Positions 1-10,868 of a stretch of DNA of 36,815 nt are shown one piece after another (position 1 is the stretch's first letter; each line of letters begins with the position of its first letter). Origin of the DNA: Octopus bimaculoides. Lineage: Eukaryota. The translations under genes were made by a program, and so were the position numbers. Under the pieces are notes generated by a model that was not told the DNA's origin, made no database searches, and saw only the letters and a program-made list of their open reading frames with translations. The DNA lies in NCBI RefSeq assembly GCF_001194135.2, contig NC_068984.1, forward strand, positions 96,133,619 through 96,170,433, written 5' to 3'.

Positions 1-392
1 AGATCTTGAAATAGAAATTAGCAAAATGTGGAATCTGAAGACGAAAACAATACCTATTGTCATAGGTGCCCTGGGAATGACAGCGAAACGGGCTGATTAC
101 TACCTAGCTCAGATACCAGGAAGCCCCAAAGTGGCTGAAGTTCAAAAGATAGTGCTCATGGGAACTGCCCATATCCTACGTAAAATACTGTCTATGTGAT
201 CTCAAATTTTAAAGCAAACACATAATTTTCTTATGGTTTCTTAAACATTCACTTGAACAAAACTGTACAAATCCAAATATATGGTACCCTAGGCATAACA
301 CCTACATGAACTTCTAACTTGTTGTCTCTTGAGGTCTCTGGGTGAGACTTGGATCCAACTTGTACAAATGCAAAACAAAAGTCAAACATAAA
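1..392 (+). mobile_element. 3' end of R4/Dong-clade non-LTR retrotransposon (family A): C-terminus of REL endonuclease plus 3' UTR
   Basis: Frame from nt 2 reads DLEIEISKMWNLKTKTIPIVIGALGMTAKR...VQKIVLMGTAHILRKILSM* (stop at 197-199), the typical C-terminal motif of R4-clade ORFs. It is followed by a ~190-nt UTR and (TAA)n at 393-440. Confidence 0.85.
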
Positions 393-440
393 ATAATAAT
401 AATAATAGTAATAATAATAATAATCATAATAATAATAAAT

Positions 441-871
441 GTGCGGATGCAGTATCAGGCAGTGGCTCTCATGGCTTCTGATCTTAAAAAGATGGGCTAC
501 AGCAAATACTCTGCTCAGTGCCACAGATTTGCTTATCAGTTGCTTGACCATTACCAGTTGAGCGTTCCCTTAGTGGCTGACGATATGTGCACCTCTGATC
601 ACGAGCAGAAGTAGAGGGGTAGCATCCAATCCATGTGTTGAGAGAAATTCTTTGGTGTTTGGGTAATTCACCTTTGGAAACATGAGTGTTTCGTTCAACA
701 TCCTTAAACAACCAATATTCCGTGACCTTTTGAGCTGGGAAGTCTATTCAATCTGAAGAAAATACTAGCTAGGCCTCACCTGCAAGGTCATGTGCTGTTA
801 TCTTGACACGAGATCACCATGTCACGCACATATGGTTGTGATGCATGTGCCTGGTATACCCTTATCAGACA
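441..871 (+). mobile_element. Non-coding interspersed repeat 'X' (SINE-like, TAA-flanked), 3'-truncated copy
   Basis: Collinear with the reverse complement of 26258-26808 (GATGCAGTAYCAGGCAG...CTTATCAGAC). Starts directly after (TAA)n and breaks off where the next LINE fragment starts. Confidence 0.8.
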
Positions 872-1390
872 GATAAAGGGGAATTTGAAGCTGGAACACA
901 TGATAGAACCATTGAGTCGAAAGAATACTGGAGTCGGAGAAATGTAAAATTCTGTGGGACTTTCCTATTCAAACGGACAAGAAGTTGGAAAATAATAACA
1001 GTTATAGATAAGGTAAACCGAAGTTGCTTACTGATCGACCCATCATGCTCGTTTGATTCCAGGATGGAAAATAAAGAGGATGAGACTTGGAGTCAGCTTA
1101 AGTATGAAATAGCCTGGCCATGGAAAATGAAGAAGGTGAAGATAGTGCCAATTATTGTTGTGTCCTTGGAAAGAATATCAGAAAACATCAAGGAGAATAT
1201 AAAGGAAATTGGAATAGAATGTCCAGTAGAACTGTTATAAAAGGTTTGCCTCCTTCGCACGGCCAGAATGATCAGGAAGGTATTAGATAGCTGAAAAGAA
1301 CGGATAGCATGGCACCGTTGGCTGCAGGTAGCAAGCCCCTTACGCTTGCAATATTCCAGGAGCTTCAACAAAACCTGTCATAAAGAGAAA
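872..1390 (+). mobile_element. 5'-truncated R4/Dong-clade LINE (family B), degenerate REL endonuclease and 3' UTR
   Basis: Frameshifted reading KILWDFPIQTDKKLEN..VIDKVNRSCLLIDPSCSFD..LKYEIAWPWKMKKVKIVPII..IGIECPVELL*KVCLLRTARMIRKVLDS* (stop 1292-1294). UTR matches the reverse complement of 26821-26920. TAA/TGA tail at 1391-1527. Confidence 0.88.
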
Positions 1391-1393
1391 TGA

Positions 1394-1435
<42 letters not shown>

Positions 1436-1456
1436 TTATGATGATGATGATGATGT

Positions 1457-1511
<55 letters not shown>

Positions 1512-1527
1512 AATAATAATAATAATA
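1391..1527 (+). repeat. Compound (TAA)n/(TGA)n microsatellite
   Basis: Read directly from the sequence. Confidence 0.97.
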
Positions 1528-1670
1528 CTGAAAGTTTGTCTCTTAAGGACAGCAAAGATTATCAGGAGGGTTTTAAGCACTTGTGAATACCTAAGGTTAC
1601 AGGTAGTAACTCGCTACCCACATAAATCCTATCAGAAATAAGACCGAACCTGAGCCAAACCAAAATAATC
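1528..1670 (+). mobile_element. Very short 3' fragment of a third R4/Dong-like family (C)
   Basis: Starts right after (TAA)n with LKVCLLRTAKIIRRVLST, homologous to the family B C-terminus, but followed by a different UTR. Confidence 0.7.
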
Positions 1671-1681
1671 CTTTCTACTAT

Positions 1682-1872
1682 ATGCATAATGCCCGAAACT
1701 TGAGGGCAGGGGTAAATCGATTATATCGACCCAAGCATTTGACTGGTACTTATTTCATCGGTCCCGAAAGGCAAAGTCAACCTCAGTGGATTTTGAACTC
1801 AGAACGTAGCGAGGAGCGAAATACTGTTAAGCAATTCGTCCAGCATGCTAACGATTCTGCCTGCTCGCCGTC

Positions 1873-1875
<3 letters not shown>
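1682..1875 (-). mobile_element. tRNA-derived SINE (family S1)
   Basis: Minus strand reads AAGACGGCGAGCAGGCAGAATCGTTAGC (A-box-like)...GAGTTCAAAATCC (B-box-like)...GTTGACTTTGCCTTTC...GGGTCGATATAATCG. Related decayed copies at 25975-26160 and 30300-30401. Confidence 0.8.
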
Positions 1876-1936
<61 letters not shown>

Positions 1937-2000
1937 TTTCATTTACTTGCCACATGAGTGAAAGATGAAGGGGACAATACAGAGACACATTATTTACGTT

Positions 2001-2182
2001 ATTTACATTTGACGGATATATGTCCTCATCTTGTTTGTTGTTAACACAATGTTTCGGCTGATATACCTTCCAGCCTGATGAAGGCTGGAGGGTATATCAG
2101 CCGAAACATTGTGTTAACAACAAACAAGATGAGAACATATATTCGTCAAATGTAAATAATGTACATGATTCCTCATCTCTTA
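2001..2182. repeat. 76-bp-arm palindrome of a PLE-terminal-repeat-like sequence containing a degenerate hammerhead core
   Basis: Arms 2001-2076 and 2082-2157 are reverse complements with 3 mismatches; loop GATGA. Plus strand: CTGATGA(2075-2081)-A-GGCTG..CAGCC-GAAAC-ATT-GTGTT. The 3' end of the same unit recurs on the minus strand at 27964-28025. Confidence 0.8.
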
Positions 2183-2184
2183 AA

Positions 2185-2806
2185 AAGTGTGGGGCTTTAC
2201 ATATAATAATGAAATGATAAAAAATAGTATACACACTATACACTGAAAAAGAAGAGACATACGCATAGCATACAAAGGTAAAAATAAAGTAGGTGGGGGT
2301 AAGATGATAGAGATGTGACCATCCTGATACAGTAACGCCTCTAGAGATAATCGAGGAACCCCAATGTCCAAGATTTCTCTGAAATCCCTCTCAAATTCCT
2401 TCACTCTGACTCACAGGTCTACACTTAGAGGTACCATCCACTCTTGCCAATTTCGCAACGTTCACCCACCTTTCAATAAACTCACTAGAAGGCAGCATCT
2501 CTCACTGTACCCCCCCCCCACTTTCTTCTTCAAATGACATTTGAAGAAATAGATGAGAGTTTGACCAGATAGGCAGGTACCTGTCTTCAAGCCTTTCTGA
2601 TGGGGCCGTCACATCGACTCTTTTGCTAAAGCCAGTAAACAGAAAAATCTGCTTTCCTCGTCCGCCAAAGCGAGATGACACGTGGATCTTTATTATATAC
2701 ACAGCGGACAGTCAGATTCGTCTTAGCTGTTCGACACAAGGCCACAAATCGCTAATGCACGGAGATTGAACAATTGCAGACAGAAAAAATTTCGTTCCAC
2801 TGCATG
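2185..2806 (-). mobile_element. 3' end of L1/Tx1-like LINE, degenerate ORF2 C-terminus and UTR
   Basis: Minus-strand frameshifted reading CISDLWPCVEQL..LSAVYIIKI..FFCLLALAKE..KGLKTGTCLSGQTLIYFFKCHLKKKV..EMLPSSEFIERWVNVAKLARVDG resembles L1/Tx1 ORF2 C-termini. Runs into an N gap. Confidence 0.6.
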
Positions 2807-3661
2807 NNNNNNNNNNNNNNNNNNNNNNNNNNNNNNNNNNNNNNNNNNNNNNNNNNNNNNNNNNNNNNNNNNNNNNNNNNNNNNNNNNNNNNNNNNNNNN
2901 NNNNNNNNNNNNNNNNNNNNNNNNNNNNNNNNNNNNNNNNNNNNNNNNNNNNNNNNNNNNNNNNNNNNNNNNNNNNNNNNNNNNNNNNNNNNNNNNNNNN
3001 NNNNNNNNNNNNNNNNNNNNNNNNNNNNNNNNNNNNNNNNNNNNNNNNNNNNNNNNNNNNNNNNNNNNNNNNNNNNNNNNNNNNNNNNNNNNNNNNNNNN
3101 NNNNNNNNNNNNNNNNNNNNNNNNNNNNNNNNNNNNNNNNNNNNNNNNNNNNNNNNNNNNNNNNNNNNNNNNNNNNNNNNNNNNNNNNNNNNNNNNNNNN
3201 NNNNNNNNNNNNNNNNNNNNNNNNNNNNNNNNNNNNNNNNNNNNNNNNNNNNNNNNNNNNNNNNNNNNNNNNNNNNNNNNNNNNNNNNNNNNNNNNNNNN
3301 NNNNNNNNNNNNNNNNNNNNNNNNNNNNNNNNNNNNNNNNNNNNNNNNNNNNNNNNNNNNNNNNNNNNNNNNNNNNNNNNNNNNNNNNNNNNNNNNNNNN
3401 NNNNNNNNNNNNNNNNNNNNNNNNNNNNNNNNNNNNNNNNNNNNNNNNNNNNNNNNNNNNNNNNNNNNNNNNNNNNNNNNNNNNNNNNNNNNNNNNNNNN
3501 NNNNNNNNNNNNNNNNNNNNNNNNNNNNNNNNNNNNNNNNNNNNNNNNNNNNNNNNNNNNNNNNNNNNNNNNNNNNNNNNNNNNNNNNNNNNNNNNNNNN
3601 NNNNNNNNNNNNNNNNNNNNNNNNNNNNNNNNNNNNNNNNNNNNNNNNNNNNNNNNNNNNN

Positions 3662-3723
<62 letters not shown>

Positions 3724-3918
3724 TGTGTGTGCGTGTGTGTGCGTATGTATCATAAAAAAAGCCTCTTCTCGATAATAATGGTGACAAGCAATATCCGTCA
3801 GAAATATGCACAGATATCATCAAACTAATACATACATACATACACACATACACACACACACATACATATATGTACATAGATGTAAACTTATGCATATATA
3901 GGTGCACACGCACATAAA

Positions 3919-3949
<31 letters not shown>

Positions 3950-4234
3950 ATATATGTATACATATATATGATATTGCAAATGTGTGTGGATGTAAAAAGG
4001 TAAAAATATCCCTTCATCAACATAAAATTATTGATCCGATAAGAAACATTAAAATATTAAAATAATCAAGTGAAAAGGAATCTGGCCACAGATCAGATAC
4101 TTTTTCATATGATTTGTATGTAAAATATGTTACGCGCGCGCGCACACACACACATACACAGCTCACACGTGCACTTTTACTGTTTTCGTGTCTCTATGTG
4201 CGTGTTTCTCTCTTTCTATATTGTCATTTTTTAC

Positions 4235-4274
<40 letters not shown>

Positions 4275-4327
4275 GTATGTATGTATGTATGTATGTATGT
4301 ATGTATGTATGTATGTATGTATGTATG

Positions 4328-4368
<41 letters not shown>

Positions 4369-4370
4369 GT
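3662..4370. repeat. Microsatellite block: (TG)n, (CATA)n/(CA)n, (TCTA)n/(TGTA)n
   Basis: Read directly from the sequence. Confidence 0.95.
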
Positions 4371-4655
4371 CAGTCAGTCCGTCTGTCTCTCCAGTAATAT
4401 AACCGAATCTCGTCAGAATCGCGTTTCAGTCTCGTCTGTAATCAGTGGGCCAGTAATGTATGCTGTTTATATAAATGAGTTGGCACTTCTTTAATCATCA
4501 GTGACTAAAAATAATTACAGCGACGACCTTCCCCAATTTCCTCCCTTCCTCGCTCGACCACCTTCCACCTCTGTTTCATTCCACACTAATATTAGCCTTT
4601 TACACGTTACTACGTAAATAATATTGGTGGCAGAAGAAAAAAGAAATGAACAGCC

Positions 4656-4701
<46 letters not shown>

Positions 4702-5237
4702 CAACAAAAATAATCCTAATGACTTTCTTTTTGAGTATTTTGATTTTATATCGTATATTATTAATATCTACTAAGACCTAAGAGGAAGGCATCTGTCCTC
4801 AATTCTTTGAGCCTTGTTCACCACACAACCTCTTTCGCCATTGCCACCAAACAGGGGAACACTGCTTGCCCTGCCTTAGCAACAACAGCAACAGCAGGAA
4901 CAACAACAACGACGACGACGATGACTGTCATGATTATTGCTTTTATATGCCACAAAGCTGACGTGTGAGGGGTACATGGCATGGACAGATGACAAAGCTA
5001 GTGGCGATTGACACACAATCGATAGCGGAAAAAAAGAACGCACAGCCATGCAAACACACTCGCACATAATACAGACATGCAACTATGTCTAAAAGGAATG
5101 AAATGAAATGTCCCTCTCCAGGGGTGGGGACAGCCACTTGGGGACCAGTCAAGGAACCCCCACAGATCCAGGTTTATTTTTTTCAAAGGCACCCAGTTAC
5201 GTTGTTCAGCGTACAGACACATGCTGAAAGTAGGCCA

Positions 5238-5408
5238 ATGATGATGATGATGGTGATAACAACAACAACAACGATACAAATAATGGAAATAATGATAATA
5301 ATAATAATAATGATGATGATGATGATGATGATGATAATAATAATAATAAAGATGATGAGGATGATGATGATGTTGAGGATGATGATAATGATTATAATAA
5401 TAATAATG

Positions 5409-5467
<59 letters not shown>
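5238..5467 (+). repeat. Compound (TGA)/(TAA)/(CAA) microsatellite
   Basis: Read directly from the sequence. Confidence 0.95.
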
Positions 5468-5468
<1 letters not shown>

Positions 5469-7329
5469 GACAAAAGATTTACAAAAAATATATAAGAAAT
5501 AATAAGAATTACTAAAAAAAACTAAATATAATGAAAATAAAAATAAGATCAATATCGATATTAAAGAACAACTAAAGTTTCTGCTGTTGAAGCTGAAAAA
5601 AGCCAAAATACATGAAAGGTATCGATAAAAATGTATATCGATCATTAATTTCGACCAATAGGCCGAGTTGGTGTAGTAAAAACATATATCAGAAAGAAAC
5701 AGAAAGAAATATATTGAAATACAACAACAATATTAAAACAGAAAAAAAAAAACAACTACGACAGCCACTACCCACACTTCAGCAATAATATCAATCACAG
5801 CAGCAACGGCAACTACAACAATTACCTCCACGACCATAACCATCCTCATAATAATAAGAATGACAACAAAATCAGCAATAATACAATCAGAACGATGAAC
5901 ACGGGAAGAAGTAGTGGTGAATAAAGAGAGAATATGTATGTTGTTACTAGTTAATATACATATACACATACATACACATTCATAAATACACACACACATG
6001 CAAACATACATATAAGCACATATACATTCACCTAGTACCTTGAGAATATGTAAGCATATATATATATATATATATATATANNNNNNNNNNNNNNNNNNNN
6101 NNNNNNNNNNNNNNNNNNNNNNNNNNNNNNNNNNNNNNNNNNNNNNNNNNNNNNNNNNNNNNNNNNNNNNNNNNNNNNNNNNNNNNNNNNNNNNNNNNNN
6201 NNNNNNNNNNNNNNNNNNNNNNNNNNNNNNNNNNNNNNNNNNNNNNNNNNNNNNNNNNNNNNNNNNNNNNNNNNNNNNNNNNNNNNNNNNNNNNNNNNNN
6301 NNNNNNNNNNNNNNNNNNNNNNNNNNNNNNNNNNNNNNNNNNNNNNNNNNNNNNNNNNNNNNNNNNNNNNNNNNNNNNNNNNNNNNNNNNNNNNNNNNNN
6401 NNNNNNNNNNNNNNNNNNNNNNNNNNNNNNNNNNNNNNNNNNNNNNNNNNNNNNNNNNNNNNNNNNNNNNNNNNNNNNNNNNNNNNNNNNNNNNNNNNNN
6501 NNNNNNNNNNNNNNNNNNNNNNNNNNNNNNNNNNNNNNNNNNNNNNNNNNNNNNNNNNNNNNNNNNNNNNNNNNNNNNNNNNNNNNNNNNNNNNNNNNNN
6601 NNNNNNNNNNNNNNNNNNNNNNNNNNNNNNNNNNNNNNNNNNNNNNNNNNNNNNNNNNNNNNNNNNNNNNNNNNNNNNNNNNNNNNNNNNNNNNNNNNNN
6701 NNNNNNNNNNNNNNNNNNNNNNNNNNNNNNNNNNNNNNNNNNNNNNNNNNNNNNNNNNNNNNNNNNNNNNNNNNNNNNNNNNNNNNNNNNNNNNNNNNNN
6801 NNNNNNNNNNNNNNNNNNNNNNNNNNNNNNNNNNNNNNNNNNNGTTGAGGCACCAGAATTTAGTACAGTATTATCCATACAGTTTCAAAGTAAGGTGATT
6901 AAAATCAAAATAAGCAACAGGATATCCAGAGGTAATGCAGTACGATCGTATCAAGCGACTCCATTTAATTGAACAATGCAACCATTACATCAATTTAAAT
7001 GCAGAGCAATCCTCAGCTGCATAAATACATAGAATTAAATTAAATTAAAACAGATAGATACATTAGTATAATTTTACCCAAAACCTCCAAGAAGGTAAGG
7101 AGATAGACAAAGATCATACTGTCTTCATTTCAGCTTAGAAGCTACTAAGGTATCAGGAAAAAAGACTTGTTAGAGATCTAACTTGTCACTGTTTTTTGGG
7201 GTCAGTTTTAATTTATAGTCTTGTTTATCAAATCTTTCTATATCAAAATCTAAGGCCAAGGAACAGAGAGCAGTGTCTGTTAGGAAAGGGGTTGAGGGAG
7301 TCGACAGAAATCATAGTGGGTATAGTCAT

Positions 7330-7998
7330 AAAACTATCAAGATTAATTTGAAGCAGTATAATGAGATTTGGTAAAAGAAAATCTTAGATCAAGATGTTAG
7401 CTATCAATCAAAGGGGCAAAACTCTAGTAAAACCAATGATGATAATAGAGGGAAAATTTTATCATGGGGTACTATATAGTTGTAAACTTTAAACAATATT
7501 GCCATATTGTATAAAGTTAAAATTTAGGGTTATCAAGAAGATTATTAAGAAGAATATTATAACCAAAAGGATAAAAGTTTTTGAATACTTTTGAGTATAT
7601 ACCAAAATTTACCACAATAGAGGACGAAAGAAATTATATAGAAATAATTTAATATTTATTCATATTATATACTTGAATATTAACTTATTAGATGGTATCT
7701 ATGAAGGTAGATCATTGGCATTACTGGTATTTAATAAAGGAGTACTGAGGCGAAAGAACATGCTAACTATATATTAATTAAATTATCATCTAAGCAGTTT
7801 ATTATAAGTTGTGAAGATACCAGTACTGTTATACATAAGTATGAATTTCTTATAGAAAGGTGCGGTCTATGTGATATGGAAAGATGGCTCATATGGAAAG
7901 GCAGCTTAGATCCCGCCACATGTCTAAATTCAAAGACTGAACTTTTCGGATCATGTCCACATGTGGCCAAATATTTGCTACGTTTTTGGTCCCACTGA
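7330..7998 (+). pseudogene. Degenerate GIY-YIG endonuclease region of a Penelope-like element
   Basis: Open frame 7738-7998 reads RSTEAKEHANY...ERCGLCDMERWLIWKGSLDPATCLNSKTELFGSCPHVAKYLLRFWSH*, matching the CxLCxxE...LNxxxE...CxH..K.LL C-terminal pattern of PLE-type GIY-YIG domains. Upstream stop-riddled NNIAILYKVKI...EEYY is only a weak match to the GIY/YIG halves. Confidence 0.6.
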
Positions 7999-8003
7999 GT
8001 TTA

Positions 8004-8220
8004 CTGATAGGACTTGCTTTCTATTTTTGTGACTATGTATAAGCCTTTTATCTCTCTATACTTCTTACTTAGGTTTCTTATATACTTTTTAATATTTTTA
8101 CTGATAGGACTTGCTGATAGGACTGTACTGATAGAATATATTGCGTCTATGCGTAAGATTTTTACCCCTCTATACTTTTTACTTAGATTTTTATATTTCT
8201 ATATATTTTTAATATTTTAA
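8004..8220 (+). repeat. Imperfect tandem direct repeat (~100-120-bp units) just after the GIY-YIG stop
   Basis: 8004-8100 and 8101-8220 both start CTGATAGGACTTGC and share ..TCTATACTT(C/T)TTACTTAG..TTTTTAATATTTT. Confidence 0.7.
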
Positions 8221-8689
8221 AATTTTTTATATTTTTTACATAATTATAGAGTTAATGTTTTTGCATTTTTTCCACACATATTTTTCTGTTTTCTCCCCTC
8301 CACCCTGTTTTTTTCCTGTGCGTCTATAAACACGTCATGGAACCTTATGTGCGCGCTTGTGAGTGTGTGCGTGTGTGCGGGTACGTGCGTATATAGATAT
8401 ATGTGCGTGCATGCGAAAATATGCGCAGTTTAGACGCGTTTTAACCTTATAGCTTTCCCACACTGTTTCTTGCTTTTAGCCCTATATATAAAAAAAAATT
8501 GCGAGCGTGTGTATGGGTGCGGGTTTGTTGTGTGCGTGTAAGTGTGGATGTGTATGCGTGTATATATATGCATATGTACATATACGTATAGTCTTTGGCG
8601 AGTATGTGGGTGAGCATGAGTGTATTTACATGCATGTATAGTTTTTGACGAGTATGTGGGTGAGCATGCGTGTGTTTAAAGCGAGGGTA

Positions 8690-8955
8690 GTTTTAGTATA
8701 TAAATATAGGCGAATGTACGGATTGGTGCGCGTACACGAACTTATAGACTTCTCTACTCCCTTATCTTTACTTTACTTAGTGGTCTATTAGCTCTTTTGT
8801 CTTAATGACGGTCACCACACAGTAATTTCCCTTTGTTTAACGGTCATCTTTCACAGGAATTTTCAATGGCCGGATAACTGAAGAGATGTTGGCATGGGCT
8901 CCCACCCCGGCATCCGAAACTCGGAGTTTTATCATGGCTACCGAATAAGTGTCAG
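8690..8955 (+). mobile_element. Hammerhead-bearing PLE terminal-repeat/retrozyme-like unit (family H1), copy 1
   Basis: Collinear with 18935-19207 and with the reverse complement of 18660-18904. Confidence 0.75.
8867..8940 (+). ncRNA. Type I hammerhead ribozyme, canonical core
   Basis: Stem I GAUAA(8873-77)/UUAUC(8929-33), extendable by UGGCCG/UGGCUA across one bulged A. CUGAAGA at 8878-84. Stem II G-AUG...CAU-(C bulge)-C. GAAA at 8916-19. Stem III ACUC-G-GAGU. Cleavage triplet GUU, predicted cut after 8928. Confidence 0.82.
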
Positions 8956-9783
8956 ACACACACACACACACACACACACACANNNNNNNNNNNNNNNNNN
9001 NNNNNNNNNNNNNNNNNNNNNNNNNNNNNNNNNNNNNNNNNNNNNNNNNNNNNNNNNNNNNNNNNNNNNNNNNNNNNNNNNNNNNNNNNNNNNNNNNNNN
9101 NNNNNNNNNNNNNNNNNNNNNNNNNNNNNNNNNNNNNNNNNNNNNNNNNNNNNNNNNNNNNNNNNNNNNNNNNNNNNNNNNNNNNNNNNNNNNNNNNNNN
9201 NNNNNNNNNNNNNNNNNNNNNNNNNNNNNNNNNNNNNNNNNNNNNNNNNNNNNNNNNNNNNNNNNNNNNNNNNNNNNNNNNNNNNNNNNNNNNNNNNNNN
9301 NNNNNNNNNNNNNNNNNNNNNNNNNNNNNNNNNNNNNNNNNNNNNNNNNNNNNNNNNNNNNNNNNNNNNNNNNNNNNNNNNNNNNNNNNNNNNNNNNNNN
9401 NNNNNNNNNNNNNNNNNNNNNNNNNNNNNNNNNNNNNNNNNNNNNNNNNNNNNNNNNNNNNNNNNNNNNNNNNNNNNNNNNNNNNNNNNNNNNNNNNNNN
9501 NNNNNNNNNNNNNNNNNNNNNNNNNNNNNNNNNNNNNNNNNNNNNNNNNNNNNNNNNNNNNNNNNNNNNNNNNNNNNNNNNNNNNNNNNNNNNNNNNNNN
9601 NNNNNNNNNNNNNNNNNNNNNNNNNNNNNNNNNNNNNNNNNNNNNNNNNNNNNNNNNNNNNNNNNNNNNNNNNNNNNNNNNNNNNNNNNNNNNNNNNNNN
9701 NNNNNNNNNNNNNNNNNNNNNNNNNNNNNNNNNNNNNNNNNNNNNNNNNNNNNNNNNNNNNNNNNNNNNNNNNNNNNNNNNNN

Positions 9784-10743
9784 GGCCAAAACCAGTTAAT
9801 CGGCATGATGGATTAAATGCTTTGTTTGAACAAAATCCGAGAACAAAGGTTCGAAAACTTTCACCAGAACTGCAAACATGTCGCACAACTGTTTTTGGAC
9901 ACCTGCACAAAATTGGAAAAGTCAAGTAAACGGATAAGTTTGTTCCACATCAACTGAACGGGATTGAAAAAATAGACGCCTCGAAGTGTGATCTTTATTG
10001 CTTTCTCGACTGGAAAAAGATCATTTTTGCATCAAGTCATTACTTGTGATGTGAAATGGATATTCTTTGACAACAGTAGGAGAACAGGACAGTGATTAGA
10101 TGCAGGAGAGTCACCTAAGCACTACCCAAATCCACTATTGCACCCTAAAATGTTAGTGGTCACTGTATGGGGGTCTGTGAAGGGAGTTATTCATTATTCA
10201 TTTTTGCAACAAGGAAAAACGTTAACAGCAACACCGTATTGCCAGGAAATTGATTGTATGCATGAGAATTTGAAAAAGAAGCAACCCAGACTAGTGAATA
10301 GAGATGGCCCAATTTTGCTCCACNNNNNNNNNNTGAATAGAGATGGCCCAATTTTGCTCCACGACTATGCACATCCTCACACTCCTCAAGCTACGTCCAA
10401 AAGTTGCAAACCTGAATTATGAAATTTTGCAACATCCTACCTATTCCCTTGATATCTCTCCTACTGATCATCCTTTATTTAAGCATTTTGAGCTTTTCAT
10501 AAGCAATTACACATTCTTAATTACACATTCTTAAATAGAGAAGAGGTAATTGAAGCATTCGGACAGTTTATCACAGTAAAACATGAACTTTGTTTTATTA
10601 AAGATGAAATATATGACATAGAGAAGCGTTGGGTAACCGTCATAAATGAACATGGATCATACTTTGATTATCAAATCAGTTCTCTAACACTCCTGAAACA
10701 TTTTATTGTTACCTTTCAAATACATTTCAAGCGAAACAACCTG

Positions 10744-10746
<3 letters not shown>
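9784..10746 (+). mobile_element. Mariner DNA transposon, dead transposase (5' part lost in N gap)
   Basis: Frameshifted reading ..DKFVPHQLN..VITCDVKW..LHPKMLVVTVWGSVKGVIHYSFL..GPILLHDYAHPHT..LQHPTYSLDISPTDHPLFKHF..EKRWVTVINEHGSYFD contains WVPHEL-like, YSPDL-like and D,D34D motifs. The right end ..GAAACAACCTGA-TA abuts (TAA)n. Confidence 0.92.
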
Positions 10747-10808
<62 letters not shown>

Positions 10809-10868
10809 GGATGGAATTTATGAATATACATCGCTACGTACGTTTCCACAAATCAGATGATTTTGAGA

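Noticed and set aside
2723-3979. Long ORFs of 270-420 aa in the track (also around 5733-6972, 8837-9929, 19201-20388 and 35047-35962)
   Set aside because: They stay open only because they run through N gaps and microsatellites (poly-X, HTHT, YIYI, poly-I/L).
4494-4502. Other CTGATGA/CTGAAGA heptamers (4495 minus, 17961 plus, ~30301 minus)
   Set aside because: No downstream hairpin plus GAAA plus UH arrangement; expected by chance.
5740-5900. Thr/Asn/Gln-rich reading frames suggesting a low-complexity protein exon
   Set aside because: Decayed CAA/CAG/TAA trinucleotide repeat with no splice or homology support.
8004-8135. Repeated CTGATAG(GAC) motifs resembling hammerhead cores
   Set aside because: CUGAUAG does not fit CUGANGA, and no stem II-GAAA-stem III follows.
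10294-10362. 29-bp exact direct repeat TGAATAGAGATGGCCCAATTTTGCTCCAC inside the mariner
   Set aside because: The two copies flank a 10-N gap; this is a classic unmerged contig overlap artefact.
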